This document shows positions 55,868 through 64,000 of a DNA stretch of 64,000 nucleotides, in pieces (the first letter of the stretch is position 1; each line of letters opens with the position of its first letter). A model generated the notes under the pieces. That model searched no databases. It had not been told where the DNA came from and saw nothing but the letters and a program-made list of their open reading frames with translations. The position numbers were made by a program, and so were the translations under genes. Origin of the DNA: Camelus dromedarius (taxonomy: Eukaryota); NCBI RefSeq assembly GCF_036321535.1, contig NC_087437.1, forward strand, positions 72,046,001 through 72,110,000, read 5' to 3'.

Positions 55868-58800
55868 GTAATGTGGCTTTTTGTTTTGTTTTGTTTTGTT
55901 TTGTTTATTGAGGCCAGTACTTAAGTACAGAATGTTGAGCTTCCTTAAAAACATAGTTGAAGGTCTGGACCAAGTGCCAGCCTTGTGTGAAGTTGAAGAA
56001 TGTGGTGATCTGAACGCTGTGGGATGAGGGAGCCTGAACCACCCACCTCTCCTCCCCTAAAGCAGTTTGATTCCATTGGAAGATTATGGAACTTTCTCTG
56101 CCAGGCACTGTGCTGGGCTTTGTGGGGGACATACAGATGAGCAAGATGAGCAAGACTATCAGGGAGCGCAGTGATGTGCGGAACCCAGACAGGAGCACGG
56201 CGATCACATAAGCAGAGGAGATCAGCACTCACATCAAGTGGACCAGGAGGGCAGCGAGGGAGCAGTTCAGCACCAAGGCTTAGGAAAGGCCTCACAGAGG
56301 ATGCAGCCTGTGAACTGGGTCTTAAAGGAAGAGTGAATAGAAAAAGAGCATTGTGTAGGGTGCCCCAAAGAGTGAAAACAATGTGAGAAATGACATGGAA
56401 ATGGAAGTGGAAATGTGCTTGATAATTTTTTTTCCTGGAGTGTGAGGGCAATGTAGTAGGTGATAAGATTGCAAAGTGAGTCAATTTGAAAAAGAAGGCT
56501 TTCAAAGCCAATAGGAAGACATTTAAACTTATTCTTCACCCAGTGAAAGATCTCTGAAGGGTTTTAGAGTTTAGAGAATCACAGCGTATTACAGAATGGT
56601 GTACTGGCTGCAACATAAGGTATGAACTGAAAGGACAAGAACTTTGAGACAGTGACAGAAGTTAGGAGGCTTTTGCAGTAATCCTGGTGCAGGGCGACAG
56701 GGACTTAAACTAGGGTTTGGTTGTGAGATAAGAAAGGAAATCCCTCAAAGCCAACTGGAATTTGTCTGTGTGCTTAAGGTTAGATGAGACTGGAAGATAT
56801 TTTATAGACAAAGGATGGGGAAGAGATGGGATATGTCTGCCAGTGTGGGAGCAACGATGCCAATCTACCCGCTACCTTAGTGAAGTAAGAGGTGAAATCA
56901 CCTGATCTGATCACAGGAGCGCATGGAGAATATATTTGTAGGCAGGTGTCAGACCCACTGAGTGTGAGGGCAGTACTGGCCATTGGTAAATTATCACAAC
57001 AGCTATGAACAAAGAAAGAAGAGAATGAAGAAAGGGTGAAATAATATCAATAACATTAGAACTATCATTATAGGTGAAGGGTGATTGACTAAAGGTCATA
57101 GAGAGAAGGAAGGTGAAAGAACATAGAACATCTGCAGTGCTTGAAATCCTCACCATTGGAGTCACATTTTTGGATACTGTGCTCCTGTTTAAATGCATGT
57201 TTATTCGATTAGCTTGTACTTTCCTTAAAAACAAACAAAAAAACAGAGTCAGATCTTGAGGACAAATATTAGGCAAAACATTAATGCCTTTGACTGCCTA
57301 TAAGCTCAAGTTCAAAATCCCAAGAACTGCAGAAAAGCATTCAACACTGAATCCCTCACCAGTCTCTTATCTTTCTGGTTTTATCTTCAGCATCTTTCCC
57401 TGATGCACATTCAGCATGTTTCCCTGATGCACATATACTTCCTACACCCAACCTCTGGCAGTTCTCTAACAAGCCATGTGCCTGCCTGTGTCTAAGCCTT
57501 TGGCAAGTTGGAGGTTCCCTCTGTGAGGGGATGCCACTTGGAGTGGTGGAAAGAGCATGAATTTAACTGCCCTCTTAGATTTCCTTTGAAATCCTCCCTC
57601 TTTCTTTATCTAGTAATATGATCTTTATTGGGCTATAAAATGCAAATTGAATACATCACAGAGCAGGCAACAGAGCAGAGCAGAGATATTAAGTGAAAAG
57701 TTTAGAAAAAATAAGCTTCATCCATATAAAAATTTTGCCCCACCCCAGCTGGTTCTGTTCATGTTAATCTGATGAAATCACCGACACTCACCTTTGTACA
57801 GGTAAGTTGCAACAAATACACCTAATCACCTCTCAGCAAACGCCTATCAATCAGGGACACGTGTCAGTTTATGGAAAAGAGCGAGCTTTTAAGTGGAAGA
57901 TGCTTTCTATTCTTAATTTTTACTTTAAAATATGGAAAAATAGGTCAATGCTGTATTTAATCCTGATAATGATATTGAATGTATGGAAACAAAATCTGTG
58001 AGCAAAGTTCACAGCAAACTATGTGGGAGTACATATGTGACTGAATAGGAAGGAAAGGAAACTCATTCAAAGGTTGATAATATCACATTTGCAATAAAAT
58101 CCTTTGAACAGAAAATGTATAGAGGAAAACACTTATTTTCCCTTTGTTTTATATTTATATACTATGTTACTTTTTTAACAGAAAAAATACATCTAAGCAT
58201 CTCTTACCATTAGGCATCATCATTTTTTATTTCTGTGGGATGGTCCAACTAATGAAATTATGGATTGTTTTAAAATCTGTTGATGTCACAGACTTTGTAA
58301 TTCTTCAAATAAAAATTAAACAAAAAGCCTTCCAGCTTGTTCAACCTGAATGCCATCTTAGTTATTTTTAATCAAAGTACTGTATCTTTCCACATTTATA
58401 TTTGTCTGAAAAGCCACCCTTATGGATAGGTATTTAGTTCTGATGTTACTGATTTTTTCACTTTCATCAAAACTTAGGAGGAGATAAACCACATCACTAA
58501 TTATTCCATTTTCCCCCGTGAGGAGTATGAATTATATGATAAATCTAATAGTCCCTGTGGCCAAAAGAGTAGATTCAGAACACTGTCTTTTAATTTAGAT
58601 TCCGTTTTCTCATCTGTTTGTTTCATAGATATCAAGATTCCTGAATTAATTTCATAATGCCTTAAAAAATTTGTCACACATATAATAAATGTTGTTTCTC
58701 TAATGATACATAATACAAGAGAAAGATGGTTAATCTTTGGATGGGTTTAATACTTTATATATATATATTTCATGAATGTTAATTTCTTATATAATTCTAA

Positions 58801-58940
58801 TATTTCTGGAATAAGATCATCAGGAAAGTAATGTTCTAGTACAACTTCATGGAATATGCTGTGAATAAGTTTTAACACATGAATTTCTTTATCAAGCTTT
58901 TCTCTTTTAATTCTCTGTTTGTGTGTATGTGTGTGTCCAG

Positions 58941-59258
58941 TCAACACTACACGATCTGTACCAGTGGATACAAAGCCTGTGCTCTCTTGCCCTCCTGTGC
59001 TGAGTACAGCTGTGGTGTTAACAACGTGGGAAGTAGTCCTCAGAGACAAGCCCCCCTGCAACAGAGTCTACAGGGGTGATACAAATGAGACAAAGGGAAA
59101 CTGCACCGATGAGAGAATAATAACCTGGGGCTCCAGACCTGACAAGATTCCTGCCCTTCAGATTAACCCAGTGGCCATCACTCACGATGGGTATTACAAG
59201 TGTGAAATGGTAACACTTAATGGGAATTTCTATCATGGATATCACCTCCAAGTCTTAG
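58941..59258 (+). CDS. CD200R1: CD200R1 exon 4 (Ig V-type domain)
   Basis: gtccag|TC AAC.. (V)NTTRSVPVDTKPVLSCPP..TWEVVLRDKPPC..NCTDERIITWGSRPD..THDGYYKCEMVTLNGNFYHGYHLQVL+G|gtaaga; 318 nt. Confidence 0.96.
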
Positions 59259-59377
59259 GTAAGAAACACTATATATTGTGGTGTTTCAGATAACCAGATT
59301 TGGGACTGAAGCAAATCTCTCTCTAAATTTCACGTCCCATGTGTTAGGACTGAAGCATTTTCCCTACATTTCTGCAG

Positions 59378-59626
59378 TGCCCCCTGAGGTGACCCTGGTT
59401 CAAAGCAAGGATGGAACTGCAGTGTGCAAGGCAGCTGCAGGGAAGCCAGCTGCACAGATCTCCTGGACCCCAGAGAGGGCTTGTACCACTGTTCAAGAAC
59501 CCTGGGGCAATGGCACAGTGACTGTCCAGAGTACCTGCCACTGGGAGGGCCACCATGTACAGAATGTGTCCTGCTCTGTCTCCCACTTGACTGGCAACAA
59601 GAGTCTGACCATACAGTTGAATCAAG
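59378..59626 (+). CDS. CD200R1: CD200R1 exon 5 (Ig C2-type domain)
   Basis: tctgcag|TG CCC.. (V)PPEVTL..AVCKAAAGKPAAQISWTPE..NGTVTVQSTCHW..VSCSVSHLTGNKSLTIQLNQ+G|gttagt; 249 nt. Confidence 0.96.
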
Positions 59627-61154
59627 GTTAGTAATTGTTCTAGTTTTGTGTTTGATTTTTCCATTCTTTCAGAGGAGTTAACCTTAAGAAGGAAAAAGGA
59701 ATGTGCAGAAAAATTTCATTCAAGAATGTCCTTTCCACCCTCTACTTTATCTCCCTCTCCTCTTCAAAATAAAGAGATTTGTCTAGAAGAATAATAGAGA
59801 AATTTGTTGTAAAAAGCCATACTAAAGAATGGCTTTCTGATTCTGCTTTTAATGTTCCCTTCTGTATTACTAAATTGGCATGTGTAATATACTTTAAAAT
59901 AAACAATTATGGCTTTAACTGCAAGATAAAATGTACTCTTAAACAAATAATTATAATTTTATTAGGGTAATAAAATCACTCATAAGTTACCTTCATGAAT
60001 TTTTAGTCTGGTAGAATTTTCTCCTCCAGGCTCTTCTGGTGAAATTTCTTAATGTCTTATAGTAGCATCTATGGTTCATTATTTAGCTTCTCTACTCTCT
60101 GCTCCCATCCTATTCTTATGCCTTATTATTAAAAATGTTATTTTAATCAACATAACTCACATACTTTGAATTCTATGTAGTTCTATAAGGTTATAATGAA
60201 AAATGTTAGCCTACTCTGCCTCCCCACCCCTACCTCTCCATTCATACAAAAATCTCCAGATGAAAGTACTTTTGAATATTCAAGTGTTTCTTCTAGTAAT
60301 TGACTCAGTTTTTATAAACAACAAGGTTATGGTGCTATTTCTGAATATAGGGAATTTAGATATAATAGACCCACTTCCTCTTATGGTAGATGAGGATTTA
60401 ACTTTACCTTCTTCCCTCCCCTCATCCTTCATATGCAGTAAAACAGCAATTTTTTATTAAATTAGATAGCTAGTGTTTACATTATTTTGAAAGGGTATGT
60501 TTTGTTAAGTGCTGAATCAAGAAGTAAACTCACTTTCATTTTTGAAAACTTTTTTGTTTTTCTTGGTCTTAATTGCTTTAATTTTTTGTTTTCTTATAAT
60601 GCATGTACCTATTGTTAATTATCATTAACTCACTAAAAAAACTTAGAAAATGACTCTTAATACTGCTTTCCACATGGTCAGATTTTTTAGGAAATCTGTC
60701 AGTTCTCTTTTTTTCTTGATGACATTCTTCCTCCAGTTTTACACGCCCCTGCTCTTATCTGGCCTGGCTGGTCACAAGACCTGCTGCACAGCTATTGTCC
60801 TGGACGTCTTCTTTCCTCCCATCCTCTGCTTGATGCAAACCTATTTAATCTGAGTTCCTTCTGCCTTCCCGACGTTTGTTTTAATCTTTCTTCCACATAC
60901 AAGGCTTTCCTTAACTCTTTGGCTATCCATTCACTTCCAAGTGAGCACCAAGTAGCTGATTGGAAGCTATGTTATCTATGAGTGGACTTGTCAACTAGTA
61001 GGCTTCCATAGGGTGAAAATGAGGTGATTTTTTTAAAATTGGGGATTCCTTATTTCCTTATGTATCTGAAGGTTCTTTTCACTGAGGTTGTTCAGGCTCT
61101 GCAAAAAAATAACCCTCCAGTCTTGCTTTGGAAGGATAATCCTGACTGTCAGTG

Positions 61155-61175
61155 TTCTGGGAGCAGGGAGGAGAG

Positions 61176-61228
<53 letters not shown>

Positions 61229-61245
61229 CTGGGAGCAGGGAGGAG

Positions 61246-61294
<49 letters not shown>

Positions 61295-61316
61295 TGTGTG
61301 TGTGTGTGAGTGTGTG
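61155..61316. repeat. Compound repeat: two copies of [ttctgggagcagggaggagaggg + (TG)n]
   Basis: 23-nt unit at 61155-61177 and 61227-61249, each followed by a long TG run. Confidence 0.95.
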
Positions 61317-61610
61317 GTCTGACGCTTTGTCTCCACCATTCATTATGTCTGGATCCTTGACTCTGGGAGTTTCTCCGGTTCACCTTTATTTGGGCCATAC
61401 TTTCTGTTTTCTGCTGGCGGGGTGAGGTGTAGTGACCTCGCTGCACAATAAGGGAGGACACTTGGCAACTTATCAGTTCTTAATCAAGACTTTCAGGGAA
61501 GCTTCCAACTTTTAGCCCCACACTTCACTCCCCAGATTCCCTCTTCTCTATGTTTGGTCCTTCCTGCTCTAGAGTCTTCACTAAGGATTACACTTATTTC
61601 ACTCTAAATT

Positions 61611-61791
61611 TTTTTTTTAAATTTCTTTCTTTCTTTTTTAAAAATTTTTCTTTGTTTTATTTATTTTGTGTATGGGGAGGTAATTAGGTTTATTCATTTA
61701 CTTTTATTTTTGGAGGAGGTATTGGGGATTGAACCCAGGATCTCATGCATGCTAAGTGAGCACTCTATCACTTGAGCTATCCTCTCCCCTC
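61611..61791 (-). mobile_element. tRNA-derived SINE (camelid Vic-1-like) with degenerate 16-bp TSD
   Basis: ggggattgaacccagga..gcactctatcacttgagctat; TSD tatttca(c/g)tct(a/g)aatt at 61595-61610 and 61792-61807. Confidence 0.85.
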
Positions 61792-62914
61792 TATTTCAGT
61801 CTGAATTATTTGCCATTCTTCTGTCCATTTTCCACCTAAAAACAAGTTGAAATCTTTCATTTGCTCTTGTCTTTCTTCATGTTATCTTTGTCTTTGAAAA
61901 CCTATACTTAAAAAAATTAATCTACTGATATTTTAGTGTTAAGAAAGGAGAAGAGAAAAACCCGTATGTTTAAGCCACCATTTTCTAATATCCATTCTTC
62001 AAGTTATATATACATATTTTAAAGAGTTTAGCAGCATTTACTGAGAAGAGTAATCGCGCCCTGGTTATGTATGAACTCCGACCACCCAGAATTACGATGT
62101 GACTTCGTATTTATAGAATCTCAGAATTGAAGGGACTCTCTCCTCCACTCCCACCCAGGGCAGGTATGTCTTCCTCGCAGGGTGCACCTTCACCTCTGCT
62201 AGTGCACTTTGAATGAAAGCCCATTAGTTTGAAAGAGAGGGTTTCAAAACTATGTTGTCATTTTTAACTGTAAAAACTTTCTTTTTAACTGTTTCTTTTT
62301 CAAATAAAAGTCAATATTTGAAAACAAAATACTGAAGGAAGGTGGAGGGACTGGATGCAGCTTCCACTCACCTCTGTCTGCTGCCCTGCCCACATTCGCA
62401 AAACACCAGGAGTACAGTCTTAAAACTTCTCAGAGTTGGCAGTTCCTTTGTTGACTTGTCCTCTTGTCAGATTGAGCTTTATATTGCTGCCAGCAGTTAA
62501 TGAATCATTTAAAGTTGCTGCCGTGCCTTCATTCCAGTTTCGATGCCCTGGAAGAAAGGTGATTTCAGAATGAGGGTTATTTTTCCAACTACCTTCCTTA
62601 CAACTCCCTATTTATTTCTGAATATTGGAGATGAGACACACTCTATTACTGTAACAGAAGAGATCTAAATTTCACCTCTCTCCTACAGGAATTCCCCATG
62701 TGAATCCTTAAAAGAATGAAATCCTGACATAAGATGATGTCTTGCTAAAAACTTGAGCCTGAAATCTTAAAGCAATTTTATTATAACAATTATTTGAACT
62801 ATTAATCAGTCAAAAGTTTTAAAAATAAAATCGCAGAAATTAATTTCATGTACTGAGACATTCTTCAGCCATATAAATATACATACGTATACATATATAT
62901 GTATATGTATAATT

Positions 62915-63410
62915 TTAAAATAGACTTTGTCTTTTAGGGTTGTTCTAGGATGACAGCAATATTGAGTGGAAGGTAACCCGTGCCCCTACACATGCTCAGC
63001 CTCCCCATCTACCTTCACCCTTTACAGTGCAGTGGTACATTTGTTAAAGTCAATGAGCCTACCTTAATATACATCATTTTCACTCAAAGTCCATAGTTCA
63101 CAGTAGGGTTCACTCTAGGTGCACATTCTATGAGTTCTGACAAACGTATAAATGACATGTATTCACCATGAGCAGTTTCGCTGCTTTAAAAATCCTCTGT
63201 GCTCCACCTATTCATCCCTCCTTCCACCCTAACCTTTAATGATCCCTGAACTTTTTACTCCATGGTTTTCTTTTTTCCAGAATGTCATGTTTGGAATCAC
63301 ACAGTATTTAGCCTTTTCAAGATTGGCTTCTTTCACTTAGTCATCTGCTTTTATATTTCCTCCCTAATTTCATGGCTTGATACTCATTTCCTTCTAGTGC
63401 TGAATAATTT
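62915..63410 (-). mobile_element. L1MC-like 3' UTR fragment
   Basis: cagcaatattgagtggaaggt..gtggtacatttgtta..aaagtccatagtt..agggttcactct..aaaatcctctgtgctccacctattcatccctc. Confidence 0.75.
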
Positions 63411-63446
63411 TTATTAAATCATGTATTTTTGTGTATATATTTACAG

Positions 63447-63549
63447 GTACCAGAATAGAACACCTAAGAATTTTATATATCACCTCCCCTGTGTTTATTG
63501 TCTTGGTCATCGTGGGATCCATTTGGCTTTTGAAAATCCATGGCTGCAG
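63447..63549 (+). CDS. CD200R1: CD200R1 exon 6 (transmembrane)
   Basis: tttacag|GT ACC.. (G)TRIEHLRILYITSPVFIVLVIVGSIWLLKIHGC+AG|gtactg; 103 nt. Confidence 0.92.
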
Positions 63550-63679
63550 GTACTGACTGATGTTTTTTTTCTCTTCTCCTCTCTATTGGGTTAGAAAGGA
63601 ATCAGAAATATGGAACTGACTGACTTGGCAAAACTAAGATGTTAACATCAATTCTCTCATAATCAAGAAGCATGTCCTC

Positions 63680-64000
63680 ATAAAAACCGACAACATAATG
63701 CCATTTGCAGCAACATGGATGTTCCTAGAGAATGTCATTCTAAGTGAAGTAAGCCAGAAAGAGAAAGAAAAATACCATATAAGATCGCTCATATACAGAA
63801 TCAAAAAAACAAAAACAAAAATAAAAGCAGAAATACAGAACAGAAACAGACTCATAGACATAGAATACAAACTTGTGGTTGCCAAGGGGGCAGGGAGTGG
63901 GAAGGGACAGACTGGGATTTCAAAATGTAGAATAGATAAACAAGATTATACTGTATAGCACAGGGAAATATATACAAGATCTTATGGCAGCTCACAGAGA
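63680..64000 (+). mobile_element. Young lineage-specific L1 3' region, running off the window end
   Basis: MPFAATWMFLENVILSEVSQKEKEKYH; related to the element at 38630-39438. Confidence 0.9.

Larger units (their letters stand above)
31000..63549 (+). other. CD200R1: CD200R1 gene, partial CDS span: join of 31000-31066, 52313-52393, 55808-55867, 58941-59258, 59378-59626, 63447-63549; cytoplasmic exons are beyond the window end
   Basis: Signal peptide, two short stalk exons, IgV, IgC2 and a TM exon, all phase-1 GT-AG junctions until the phase-2 end of the TM exon. Head-to-head with GTPBP8 as in human. The TM helix has no charged Lys, consistent with the inhibitory receptor rather than a CD200R1L activating paralog. 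Confidence 0.93.

Noticed and set aside
55905..56539. Longest ORFs in the track (up to 188 aa, minus strand)
   Set aside because: They lie antisense in CD200R1 intron 3 over L2-like purine-rich sequence, with no domain or splice support.
57386..57433. 24-bp tandem duplication (similar short ones at 401-420 and about 7870-7911)
   Set aside because: Ordinary slippage-type micro-duplications with no sign of function.
57749..57801. Possible extra CD200R1 exon (cccag| ... TACAG|gtaagt)
   Set aside because: The donor is good, but 53 nt breaks the frame, the polypyrimidine tract is poor, and the protein is complete without it.
61024..61461. ORFs with CV or HT repeats
   Set aside because: Translations of the (TG)n microsatellite.
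58941..63549. Alternative assignment to the activating paralog CD200R1L
   Set aside because: The TM helix lacks a charged residue, it ends in the CD200R1-type WLLK..GCR, and the gene directly neighbours GTPBP8.

Overview
Mammalian genomic DNA, most likely a camelid (inferred from the tRNA-derived SINEs, the young L1 3' ends and an artiodactyl-type CD200R1 sequence). The window is the NEPRO - GTPBP8 - CD200R1 block, syntenic with human 3q13.2. It contains the end of the last coding exon of NEPRO (+, 2..328), the complete 6-exon GTPBP8 gene (-, 12904..2487, 291 aa) and coding exons 1-6 of CD200R1 (+, 31000..63549; the cytoplasmic exons lie beyond the window). All exon boundaries are GT-AG with consistent phases. 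The rest is intronic or intergenic and rich in L1, L2, MIR, MaLR/ERVL LTR and DNA-transposon remnants. I found no evidence of a new multi-gene system. The most interesting unexplained structures are: a 122-bp near-perfect inverted duplication about 1.8 kb upstream of the CD200R1 start codon; a perfect 26-bp-stem hairpin carrying ETS/PU.1 cores in CD200R1 intron 1; a recursive-splice-like AG|GTATGT at the start of the GTPBP8 P-loop exon; uORFs in the CD200R1 leader; an L1 with a 36-bp target-site duplication; and a small CpG-rich retrocopy-like insert. Gene and repeat identities come from recognition and memory, not database searches, and repeat boundaries are approximate.
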